Assembly: GCA_051941275.1 (NCBI GenBank)
Contig: JAVEBF010000007.1
Coordinates: 45,252 to 65,251 of the forward strand
Length of the DNA stretch: 20,000 nucleotides
Reading direction: 5' to 3'
Source of the DNA: Dirinaria sp. TL-2023a
Lineage: Eukaryota
Shown piece after piece: positions 1 to 10,146 of the stretch. The stretch's first letter is position 1; every line of letters starts with the position of its first letter. Position numbers and translations under genes: made by a program. The notes beneath the pieces are model-generated. The model had not been told where the DNA came from, made no database searches, and worked only from the letters and a program-made list of their open reading frames with translations.

Positions 1-1
1 C

Positions 2-1537
2 ATTTGTGCCGTTGCAGGGACCCCGGGCATTTCCATTGGAGTGTCATTCAAGGGCGAAGCTATCTATCGTGCGAGCTATGGTGTTAAAGACGTTGAAGCC
101 TCGTTACCTACAGATTCCGACACCGTATTCCCCATTGGAACCTTGGCCAAAACCTTTACTGCATCTGCAATAGGCATGCTTGTCCATGAGGGTTTGTTAA
201 AATGGGACACACCAATACGCGATATACTTCCCAATTTCAAAAGTAAGAATTCAACTGTGGAGGAGAATCTGACCATTGTGGATCTGCTGTCTCATAGAAG
301 TGGTCTTGCGAGATCCAATTACTGGTGGCAGGGTGCGGAAAGGGCCCTGCTTCTAGAAAAACAGGAACTGCTGCCGTTCTACAGCAAGCTTGAAAAAACA
401 GGCTCCTTTCGTGGCGACTGGGCATACAGCAATTGGGGTTACGCGGTGGCCGGCGAAGTCATAGAAAGGCTCAGCGGCATGAGCTTTGGGGCGTATGTCT
501 CCAAAAACGTACTCGAGCCGTTGCAACTCAAGAATACTACCATGCAGGCTGTAAATGCGAACTCGAACTGGGCAAAACCCTATGCTGCGCTTGACGATGC
601 ATCGCCTTTTCTTCTTCCTCGTTACTCGTTCAGCGACGAGAATATCATGAATCCGGCTATGGGTGGTGCGAGCAGCGCCAACGATCTTTTGAAATACTCC
701 ATGGCATTGCTCGAATCACATCGTTTCGAAAGTGGGAAATGTTCGGCGGTAGCAGCCCTCAAGAATGGGCTCATGCACCTCTCTGGCCATATTTTCACAG
801 CCAAAGCGACGTTGGAGAAATCGTACGCATTCGGCTTCTACCGCAGTCAGCTCCCAAGCAATGTTCTAGGCATGGGTTGGAACTCCATCTATGTCAAAAG
901 CATGCCAAAATTGGTGCCTCGTGGTCACTGTGGCCCTGTTATTGCCCACGGGGGCAGTCTTCCCGGGTATCATAGCTCCATTGCCATTCTACCTGAGATC
1001 GATGCCAGCGTCATTGTATGCACGAATTCAATAGCTTTGGGCGACACTTCCGGCTGGACTAGCCTTGCGCTCATTGAGGCTCTGATAGACACACCCACGC
1101 CGTCGGATTTTCGTAGCTTGGCCTCGGAGGCAGCTGAAAATAATGTGCGCAACGTTTCGAAGCTTCTGAAGAGCCTTGAAGAGGCAAAAAAGCCGGGCAC
1201 GACTCACAAGCCGCTCGATGAATACGTTGGACGTTACACTGACTCGCTACATGACTGGATTATCGATGTCCACAAGAAAGAGAACAACGGCCTGGAGGTT
1301 GCGTTCCAGGGGCTCGAGAGTCAAACTTGGGCATTGAGTCATTACGAATGCGACACATTCCTGTGGCTGGCCTCCCGTGAGGAGCAAGCAAAGCGGTGCA
1401 GAATGACGACGTATCCGCTGATCGGCAATCATTTCAAGATTATTTTCCAACAAAATGCAGCAGGTGCCATCGATCGACTCTGCTGGCCTCACGAAGCTGC
1501 TGTTCCAGTAAACGAGCAATACTTTACCAAATTGTAA
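2..1537 (+). CDS. Beta-lactamase/serine hydrolase family protein (peptidase S12/AmpC-like) with a C-terminal DUF3471-like domain; 5' end lies outside the window
   Basis: Frame is open from base 2 (ICAVAGTPGISIGVSFKGE...). Motifs: FPIG-T-LA-K at the SxxK position, LTIVDLLSHRSGL, WAYSNWGY (YxN), IAHGGSLPG, and C-terminal PLDEYVGRY. Stop TAA at 1535-1537. Confidence 0.9.
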   Translation: MCAVAGTPGISIGVSFKGEAIYRASYGVKDVEASLPTDSDTVFPIGTLAKTFTASAIGMLVHEGLLKWDTPIRDILPNFKSKNSTVEENLTIVDLLSHRSGLARSNYWWQGAERALLLEKQELLPFYSKLEKTGSFRGDWAYSNWGYAVAGEVIERLSGMSFGAYVSKNVLEPLQLKNTTMQAVNANSNWAKPYAALDDASPFLLPRYSFSDENIMNPAMGGASSANDLLKYSMALLESHRFESGKCSAVAALKNGLMHLSGHIFTAKATLEKSYAFGFYRSQLPSNVLGMGWNSIYVKSMPKLVPRGHCGPVIAHGGSLPGYHSSIAILPEIDASVIVCTNSIALGDTSGWTSLALIEALIDTPTPSDFRSLASEAAENNVRNVSKLLKSLEEAKKPGTTHKPLDEYVGRYTDSLHDWIIDVHKKENNGLEVAFQGLESQTWALSHYECDTFLWLASREEQAKRCRMTTYPLIGNHFKIIFQQNAAGAIDRLCWPHEAAVPVNEQYFTKL

Positions 1538-1607
1538 CCATCTTTTACGTAGGGATACTAAGTTCATGTATGCAGTCGTTGTATATGTACGTATTGCAGA
1601 GTAAGCA

Positions 1608-3599
1608 TCATTCTATGGTCACGTGCCACTCCTTGCGAATCTCTTCCGCCTTCTTAAGAAGATCTTTCCTGCCTTTCCTCGTGTTGACCACCACTGTTGC
1701 CATGTATGTCATATCCACTGCGTCTGGAGGGGTTACATACTGTCCGCGGGCAAATATATTATTATAGAGAGGAATACATTCCATCAAGTCCGGACGGGAC
1801 CGCCTCAGTTCCTCGGTAGGATCGGGTGACGTTAGAATACCACCTTTCTCGGGCATGATGAGCACTAGAGCACTCGAGTGCTGTGGACCGTGCACAAAGG
1901 GAGCCGCGAATGCCTTGAAACGTTGCTCGTCTCCTATGCAGCGAAGGACATGCATGGCATAGAGATCGACGCCATATGTCCAAGTCAAGGCCTGAAGGCC
2001 ATAGTAACCGGCGGGGCGTGGGTTCACTTCAAGCATGAAAATACCAGGTTTCGTGCTAGGGGGTGATGCTTTGAACTCCAGATCGACGGTACCACTCCTA
2101 TCAGTATAGGCCATTGAAGAGTTTTGGATCCGAGCCTCAATATGGAACAAACCTGTACGGAAACCCATGCGTAAGACACTGTCCCGAAGACACGAGACTG
2201 CCAATTCCTGCTCTGATTGCGGCAATACAGAAGGATAGACGAACATGGTCTCTTGAAAGTCATTACGTCCATGTCCCACCTTGTCGTTCTTGGAGACATC
2301 GGCAGCGCAGGGAAAGTTATCTGACACATCGGCAAAGAGGACTTCTCCGTCCCACAAAGCCATGTCGACGTCAATTTCAGGGCCGTCTATGTACGGTTCT
2401 ACCATTATCTTCGATTGGATTGGCTTGCCTGCTTCGTATCCGATGACACGTGAGCGCGCTTTCGTGACGGCGGCCAACATCTCGGCCTCTGTATTGACTT
2501 TGACTACACCCCAGCTTGTCCGACCAGTACAGGGTTTGACGACAATGGGATAATCAACCTTTAGCGAGCGCAGCCGTTGCTGCAGCTCTTCTTCGTCTGT
2601 AACGCACAAGGCAGAGTTATGATCATGCTCTAGCATCCGAGCTCCATATTTGTCCGTGGCAATCGCAAATGCAGAGGGCGGAGATGCCGGTAGTCCCAGT
2701 AGGTTGGCGGCTAGAGCGACCTTTGTGTGGAAAATATCAAAACGGGTATGCAGGCCATCTACCTTCTGCCCTTGCAAAGCATCGACGATGCGTTGAGGAA
2801 GCGCTGCGTCGGGATTCAGATCAATAGGGCAAAAAGCCTCCCGTAAATGGGCCAATGGGCCGTTGGGATCCTCGAGATAGTGGCCTGGCTGGTCCAGCAC
2901 AACAAGTCCTAACCCCATAGCCTTGATTGTCTCGTATGAGAGATTTTCAGGCAAACAGCCTACGATTGCAACCCTTTTATATCGTATAGGTTCAGGCAGT
3001 AACCATTGGATGGAGAGACGATTCGTGATCTCTAGTTCTAACTTCTCCAAACTATCCTCAATGCGTCCGCATTCCACCGATTGGACGGAGATCGCTCCTA
3101 TTGCAGAGTCTAGGATGGTTTGCAGTTGGTTGGCAGCGCTCTGCTCTTTCTCAGGTTTAAAAGCTAGAACATGCTGTCGAGGGGCGACAAATCTAGAAGC
3201 CAACTTGACAAGTTCACAACCAAAAAAGCGAAACTCTACCATGTCTGAGCGTGCGACGTATCCCTCACGAGCAGCGAGAATGACCTTGATTCCCAGGCGC
3301 TTCGCATCGGTCGCAACATCGTGCGCGCGTTGAATGAAGCTTGAGATGGCTGATTGACTCTTGGAGAGTGAAGTCGTGCAGTCATGGTCGTACCCGACCG
3401 CCGGGTGCGCATTCGAACACTCGTCTTCGATAAGGAGGTCAACCGTTCGGACGTCGAGAGACATCCTCCAGCCATTGTTGCGCCATTGGAAGTGGCTTCG
3501 CTTCGCTGGATGAAGAGGTTGTCATTAAAATGTTGTCCCAGGAACGAATTTTGGAGGTGCATGAGGATACGTACCAGAGGATCCAGCGTATTCGTTCAT
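1608..3599 (-). CDS. ATP-grasp ligase (fungal L-amino acid ligase-like), about 640 aa; join complement(3575..3599,1608..3505)
   Basis: 618-aa ORF with ATP-grasp motifs ATDKY, YPIVVKPCTGRTSWGVVKV, MVEPYIDGPEIDVD, FHIEARI and MLEVNPRPAG. A 69-nt GTACGT...CCAG intron (3574-3506) joins an upstream ATG at 3599 in frame (MNEYAGSSAKRSHFQW...). The first exon is less certain than the body. Confidence 0.88.
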
Positions 3600-3780
3600 A
3601 TTTCAGGGGGGCCTGCTATTTCGAGGGTCGCACTGGCGTCATGAAGCGTCTCGGACACCGGAACGCTCTCCCAAAATGGAAAGCAACGACAATACATTTT
3701 CACTGGCTCGCGAATTGGGAGTGAGAGCACAGTACTCAGTGGTCATCGGAATTAGCTACAAAAGAAAGTTCTTGCTGATG

Positions 3781-3914
3781 TCCGACTCGGCCGTCGTGCA
3801 AATAAGAATGTCCGCTAAGCTCGCTCAACACTAGCGGCGTTAGTGTATGGCCACCTGCCAAGATTGGGTGCCAGATAATCTGATAAAAAGCGGATCTCTC
3901 TCGGCCGAGTCGGA
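3781..3914. repeat. 13-bp perfect inverted repeat TCCGACTCGGCCG / CGGCCGAGTCGGA
   Basis: Arms at 3781-3793 and 3902-3914 are exact reverse complements. Confidence 0.8.
3872..3886 (+). promoter_or_regulatory. SreA-type GATA site ATCTGATAA (3878-3886) with an overlapping AGATAA
   Basis: CAGATAATCTGATAA contains an exact match to the ATCWGATAA consensus of fungal iron-responsive GATA repressors; it lies in the ATP-grasp/POT divergent promoter. Confidence 0.65.
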
Positions 3915-4061
3915 GATCATCAGATTAGACAACACATCTCACATGAAATCATGTCCGAAACGCATTCGACTTTCGACAATCTTTGATTTTCACGAAAGCC
4001 CGACTTCGGAAGATGTCGGACACTAGTTGCTTACTGACTGTGGCATGGGAAGGGAAGCGTA

Positions 4062-4084
4062 TTATCTGATAAGATCATCTTATC
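4062..4084 (+). promoter_or_regulatory. SreA-type GATA site ATCTGATAA (4064-4072) within a cluster of GATA cores
   Basis: TTATCTGATAAGATCATCTTATC holds three GATA cores on both strands, about 150 bp upstream of the POT start codon. Confidence 0.65.
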
Positions 4085-4227
4085 TCATCGCATCAATTGT
4101 AAGTCATCGTAATTGCTCCCCCTTATTTAGAAAAAGGCCTTTCTTTCGAGGTTTTACAGCAACACGTGCCGAGTCTCTATTTTAAAAGTTTTTTGAGCCG
4201 TTCTCAAGTCTTTCGAAAATCGATAGA

Positions 4228-6159
4228 ATGGTGACCACCGGAATTAATGAGACAAAAAGTGAAAATGAAAAGGACGTGGATGTCGAACAAAGTCACCCTG
4301 ACCCAAAACCTACCCACACATCAGCCGAAGGCGAGCCTGCGACTGAGGAGGAATTGCAAAATCTATTCCATGTCGTCGATGACATACCCATCGGGGTATG
4401 GCTTGCGGCCTTCGTGGCCTCCGCAGAACGGTTCACTTGGTTCGGCGCGACGGGTCCTCTACGTTAGGCTTGTTTTCCCAGATGTATTCAAATTACTAAT
4501 ATAGTGCAGAAAACTACCTTCAACATGATCGCCATAGCGGAATCCCAGGAGCCTTAGGGCTGCAACAAGCAACAGCTACGCTGGTCATGACCAGTTTCAT
4601 GGCTTTCTCTTATTTTACCCCTCTGCTCGGAGCAATAGTTGCAGACGCGTGCCTCGGCCGCTATAGGACGACTTTCGTGTCCGCACTGTAGGTTTCCCGT
4701 AATGAGGTTGTTCAGGACTGACATCCTTGCTAGTATTGTCTCCCTTGGGGCTCTGATTCTGAACTTGACGTCCATCCCGGCTGCAATACAGCACGAGGGT
4801 GTTGCGGCTGCCGGACTGGCCGTGGCAATGCTTTTGTTTTCATTTGGGTCTGGTGGGGTCAGAGCCGCCGTCACGCCCTTCATAGGTACGTCGGTCTCCT
4901 GCTACTTGTCAACAATCCAGCTGACTGATCTACCAGCCGACCAATACACCGAGACAGTTCCAAGGATTAAGATCTTGAAAAATGGAGAGAAAGTCGTCGC
5001 TGATCGCGAGCTTACCATCTCCTACATCTACAACGCTTATTATTGGTATGCAACGTCCATAAATACGAACGTGGTCTGATTGCTGCTATAGGATGGTCAA
5101 TATTGCGGGCCTGGCAGCCCTTGGCACAACGTTCTTGGAAAAGTATGTTGGCTTTTGGGCAGCATTTCTGCCTCCTGTTGGCGCCATGGCCCTTGGTGTA
5201 CTCCCGCTCCTGCTGTTCAGAAGAAAATTTGGTAAGTCACTATACAGCCTTCGTATCAAGATGTTGACGGTAAAATTCCAGTTAGGCATGCTCCTTCCGG
5301 CGCAGTCTTGGTCAAAGCTTGCCGAGCCATATGGCTTGCCATTAGAGGCGGATTTTGCATGAATGCAGCCAAACCAGAAAATCAGGTGGAGAAATGCTAT
5401 AGGGAAGTTCCCTGGGATGACCGGTTCATTGACGAACTCAAGCTTGCACTTTTTGCCTGCCGGATTCTGTAAGTGATCCATCTTTGAATATGCAGCGCTG
5501 ACAATGGTAGACTAGTCTTTCCATTCCATTGGCTCTGCCTTAATCAGACCTTCAACAATCTGATATCCCAAGCAGGCCAGATGGTCAATTCTGGCGTACC
5601 AAATGATGCTATCAAATCAACAAACCCTTTGACAGGCATCTTATTCTATCCGTTCGTCCAGAAACTCGTGTATCCATGGTTACGGCGACGCCACATCAAG
5701 TTTCGCTCTTGCGCCCGCATCACATTTGGTTTCTTCCTTCTAGCCGCCGCAATGGGCTATGCAGCAGGTCTACAGCAAATGATTTACAATAGCGGACCCT
5801 GCTACAACGAGCCGCTCAAATGCCCTTCATCAAATGGTGGCCGGGTTCCCAACCAGATTTCAATGTTCTTGCAGGTGCCGATTTATTCGGTTGGGGGGAT
5901 GGCAGAGTTGTTTTGCCTCCCTACCGGCACGGAGCACGCATACAACCAAGCACCGAAAAGTATGCGGTCCATTATACAGTCTGTCTCGATCGCTATGGCC
6001 GGAGTTGGTGCGTGTCTCGCAATGGCTTTTACTCCACTTGCAAAGGATCCGCACCTTGTCATTCTGTACACATGCTTGACGGGCATTCTGGTTGCTGCTA
6101 CGGCCACTTTCTACTTTTGTTTCAGGAGCATTGATAAGGAAAAAATTGAGATGCTTTGA
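4228..6159 (+). CDS. POT/PTR family proton-dependent oligopeptide transporter (PTR2-like MFS), about 549 aa, 7 exons: 4228-4462, 4510-4687, 4734-4885, 4937-5045, 5092-5231, 5282-5468, 5511-6159
   Basis: Spliced product contains AERFTWFG..PLQNYLQ, GALGLQQATAT, TPLLGAIVADACLGRY (PTR2 signature-like), PFIADQY, YYWMVNIAGL, VPWDDRFIDEL, NNLISQAGQM...GVPND and AYNQAPKSMRS. All six introns are GT-AG and keep frame. Confidence 0.92.
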
Positions 6160-6684
6160 ATTACAGCGGTTTAGATAAAAATCCCAATTCCCTTAGCAAC
6201 GAGGAGATGATACAGATCAAAAGAGAATAGAGCTTGCCAACACAATTAGAGATAGATAGAGCATCAATAGAGACTAACATGCTAGATGTGTCGAAGTTTG
6301 ACGAAGCTAAGACAAATTTGCATTCAGCAATTGAGTTCAGCTTCTGCTATCTGAGGAGCAAGATCGGTCAGAGTCTAGGTCTAAGTACCTCGTGCGTTCG
6401 GGGATTTCAAAAGTCAATAATGTAGGCTAAGGAAAGAACAGAGCTCCAGCAAAATAAAGTTTTCACGAAGTGACGATGGACCAATTCGCCATGAAAGTGC
6501 CACTGTCAAATCGACAAATCGTTAAGTGCCAAAAAAAAAAAACGCTAGAAAAAGATGGCTTTTGCAATTTTAATTCTGAAACATCGAATTGAGAAGAAAT
6601 ACATTGATAGACGATAGTAAGTACTTTAGTGATCAATGCAACATGTAGGGAGAGAAAGAATTCTGGATGTCAGCACACCCCAAA

Positions 6685-7536
6685 TCAGCTTGCTACGTCA
6701 TACGCATATCGTTCTGCATTCTGATTGCTTTCAGCCACCCAGCCATTGATGTACGTCGGGACTCCTTTGGTCGAATTTGTCGGCGCTGGAACAGGTTCCC
6801 CTAACTGCAGAAAAGCAGGTATGACCCCTGCCCACACCTTTTCCCTCATTCTCTCATCCTTCAGGTCCTTCCTATCCTCTCCTGTCGTTCCAACGCGGAT
6901 TTTGGCGCTCGCACTTTCAATCTCTACGCGCAAAATGCCCGTGCTGTTTAGCTCCGTGGCGTTTGGGTATCGGGTGTTCTCCCATCGCTGAGGAACGAGA
7001 TTGTTAGTGATGAGCTCCATAGCGTAAATTCTCTCAGCTTCGTCTTTCACAAAGTACGCATGGCCAAATACCACGGCAGAGCGGTAGTTGCAGCTGTGGT
7101 GGTTAGGTGTCAGAGCGAGGACGATGCCGTCAAGCTGAGTCGCGGCGACGCAGACCGGAATGCTGCCCGTCGGCTCTGCTCCATCTTTGGCGTCATGCGC
7201 TAGTCGCAGAAAACGCGAGGACACATAGCCGTGGAGATAGATCACGCGGCACTGATCTCGGTCTTCTGTGTCCGAATTCGGATAATTGCTGCTACATCCT
7301 AGCATGGGGAGTATGACAGGGAAGGTGGGTTTCCTTTCTTCTGCTTCTGTTTCAAAGGACACGTGTAGAATAGGAGTTTCGTCCACGATTGTATTGACCG
7401 TATGGTAGTCATATTTACCTCCATTCGCGGCGCCTGTCAGTTTCTCGCTTATTAAATAGCGGAGAAGTCCCAAACCTCTGTTTCTATATCTGTTAACGGT
7501 GTTCAATTTGGTTTTCTCCCATCCTTGATACTCCAT
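6685..7536 (-). CDS. Pyridoxamine 5'-phosphate oxidase-like / NimA-family flavin-nucleotide-binding split-barrel protein, about 264 aa; join complement(7476..7536,6685..7418)
   Basis: Motifs NTVNRY..RGKYD...IVD..PILHVSF, PVILPMLG, IYLHGYVSSR, PVCVAATQLDGIVLALTPNHHSCNYRSAVVFG, SASAKIRVG and VWAGVIP. ATG at 7536; probable 57-nt intron at 7475-7419. Confidence 0.88.
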   Translation of the reverse strand: MEYQGWEKTKLNTVNRYRNRGLGLLRYLISEKLTGAANGGKYDYHTVNTIVDETPILHVSFETEAEERKPTFPVILPMLGCSSNYPNSDTEDRDQCRVIYLHGYVSSRFLRLAHDAKDGAEPTGSIPVCVAATQLDGIVLALTPNHHSCNYRSAVVFGHAYFVKDEAERIYAMELITNNLVPQRWENTRYPNATELNSTGILRVEIESASAKIRVGTTGEDRKDLKDERMREKVWAGVIPAFLQLGEPVPAPTNSTKGVPTYINGWVAESNQNAERYAYDVAS

Positions 7537-8052
7537 ATCCGCTGTGACTGATTTTGGGTATAATGAGCAGATTCGCAATAGAGCAATCGGATATTATACT
7601 TACATGACTGAGAAATACCGTTGACTGTCCTGTCTAGAGTTGAAGAGTTCCCGAATATTGACAAAAGCAAGTACGGCTTAGCAAATTTCGGCCGAGACCT
7701 TTAGACAATCATAGCGCGTGTCCACTCGAGCATACTACATGGTAAGCCTTGCGGCGCGGCTCATCATTTAATTAATTTGCATATGCATATGCCATTACGT
7801 CCCACGCATTGACCTGTAACGGCGCCAAGCCACCATTAAACGGTCGACAGAGTGGGGTGTTTTGGCATACGGTGTGGTGGTCGTCTGACGATCGTATTGG
7901 ACTCTCGGACAGGCGATCGACCTTTCCATACACCGTGGCCCCTGTAGGTGCTCATAAGTCCGACTAGTCAGGCTTGGAAGAGCATTATTATAGCCGTAAG
8001 TAAAGGGAGCCCTTGCCCAAATCGTCCTTCGCACCACCTGAGGCTGCCAGCC

Positions 8053-9852
8053 ATGGCGCCCGTACTGATGCTCCCCCAGCCTCCTCCAACAGGGTATCCT
8101 ATTCCCAAAACACACCATGCTATCTCGGTACAAATGACAACATGGCTGGACATGCAAGGATTGATGTTGGGTGACCCTCGCGTCAAGAAGGTCCAGCAGA
8201 TTGGCTACCCTCGCTCATTCCTCCACCAGGATGTTGTAAAAGTATACCCCCCACAGACTCAACATCGCGACTGCTAATGATCACTTGCTAGCTTCACAAT
8301 TCATGTCTCCTACTGCGCGGAAAGCCGAATGAATCGTGTCATTTGTATCCATCAAAAAGACATGCCGCCAGCTCCAAAGCCTTTATCCTCGAAACAGCCA
8401 CCGATGTCGAAGACAGTGTCGAGGTTTGCGCCATTAACTTCCCAGCGGATGCAGAGTCAGCCATTACTGGCCTCTTTCAAGGTTCTATCATCCGACTCTA
8501 CGCGGTTTTCTTCCCCAAGCAGATGATGAACATCGCCATGTCATTCTGGCGCCTCACAGGAACCGGCATCTCCTCCAGGCTTGCCGAGAGTCTCCATGAA
8601 CACATGGAATATCAGCGCCAAGTCGCGTCAAGCTCTGATCTTGATCAAGATTTTATTCTCTCGGACGCTGCTGTTTCCAATACTATCTGCGAGCGTATTA
8701 CCTATCTTCTTAAGCGCGCCTCTCTACAGCCAGCCGTCAGCGAGAAGTTATCACCATCTGACGTTTTCCTTTATCCCACTGGCATGTCAGCTATTTATCA
8801 TTGCAATTTCCTCCTCCAAAGCTGGAAGCCTGCTGAAAGTATCGTATTCGGCTTTCCTTACGAGCTCACACTGAAACTGCTACAAACGTACGGGATATCC
8901 TGCCGGTTCTATGGCCTTGGGACTCCAGGGGAGTTGGATGAAATGGAAACATATCTTCAATTGGAGGCTAGTCGTGGAAGGCGAGTGCAATCGGTCTGGT
9001 GCGAATGTGCTTCCAATCCCCTTCTTCGCAGTGTTGACCTCAAACGTATACGGTCGCTGGCCGATAAATATGGGTTCCAGGTGGTTGTTGATGATACGAT
9101 TGGCAGCTTTGCGAACGTGGATCTGTTGGGAACTGCTGATATAATCATCACATCTTTGACGAAAAGCTTCAGTGGCTGCGCCGACGTAATGGCCGGCAGG
9201 TAATCTCTCATCCCAGAACCTGTTTGCTCAAACGATAACTTTTTCCAGCATCGTCTTGAACCCGGCATCGCCTTTCTACACTACGATGAAAAGAACGCTT
9301 TCTCTAACCTACCGCAATGAGCTCTACGCTGCCGACGCTGTAAAGCTTGAAAGCAATAGCAGAAAGTTCCTTCAGCGGGCTTCAAAAATGAACCAAAACG
9401 CTTCTTACTTGGTTTCCCTGCTCCAAAAACAGGCTCTAAGCCCGTCAAGTGTCCTGAAGCATGTCTACTATCCTTTGACATGCTGGTCATTGCCAAACTA
9501 TCGTGAGATGATGAGGCCGGTCAGTCCCGAGTTCACTCCAGGGTATGGAGGGCTGTTTACGCTTGAGTTTGAAAGTGAAAAATCAGCCTCAACGTTCTTC
9601 AACGCGCTAGACTTACACAAGGGTCCATCGCTGGGAGCCAATATCACGTTGGCTCAGCCGTACGTGCAGACCGTATTCGCAAGAGATAAAGCATGGGCCG
9701 CAAGTTACGGCTTAGATGAGACGATTATTAGGATATCTGCTGGCTTGGAGGATGAGAAGGTTCTAGGAAAAGCATTTCAGAAAGCCTTACGACTCGCGGA
9801 CTGTACCAAGATTGGTGCCTTGAGACACGGGAATTACGATGGCTGTATTTAA
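8053..9852 (+). CDS. PLP-dependent cystathionine gamma-synthase-like enzyme (Cys/Met metabolism family, Str2-like), about 566 aa; exons 8053-8241, 8292-9199, 9249-9852
   Basis: N-terminal GYPIP..HAISVQMTTW...GDPRV....GYPRSFLH, then VFLYPTGMSAIY, VFGFPY, CECASNPLL, VVVDDTIGSFAN, the PLP-lysine motif SLTKSFSG.ADVMAGS, KGPSLGANITLA and IRISAGLED. Introns GTATAC..CTAAT..TAG and GTAATC..CAG keep frame. Confidence 0.92.
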
Positions 9853-10137
9853 TTAACCCTCGAGGGAAAAACCTGACGTGCCTGAAAAGGCACACTTGAG
9901 CATATCGCACTCATAGAAGAGATCTACACCTACGACCCTGCCTAGAGAGTTGCCAGGATTCAAAGGATTGAAGACGAAGAGTAAAGCCGAGGGAAGACTG
10001 CGTAAACGCCGAGCAAGCGTGTAAACCCCACGTTCGGAATTTGCCCTACTTTTGTAGCTTTCATGAGATCATTATTGAATGGTAGACTGATTTAGTCGGT
10101 CTTGGCTTCGGTACTCTAAGCGAACCATTTGTAATTT

Positions 10138-10146
10138 TTATCAGAT
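10138..10146 (-). promoter_or_regulatory. SreA-type GATA site ATCTGATAA upstream of the ferric reductase
   Basis: TTATCAGAT on the + strand reads ATCTGATAA on the - strand, about 470 bp upstream of the FRE start codon. Confidence 0.65.

Noticed and set aside
6531..6542. A12 homopolymer
   Set aside because: Ordinary tract between convergent genes, with no target-site duplication or retroelement features.
7739..8052. ATG followed directly by GTAAGC at 7739, and a GTG-started ORF at 7948, as alternative starts of the PLP gene
   Set aside because: Family-like sequence begins only after the ATG at 8053, and I found no convincing in-frame splice. A 5' UTR intron remains possible.
9223..9230. TTTGCTCA (Mac1-type copper response element)
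   Set aside because: A single copy inside an intron of the PLP gene, about 1.4 kb from the FRE start; likely chance.
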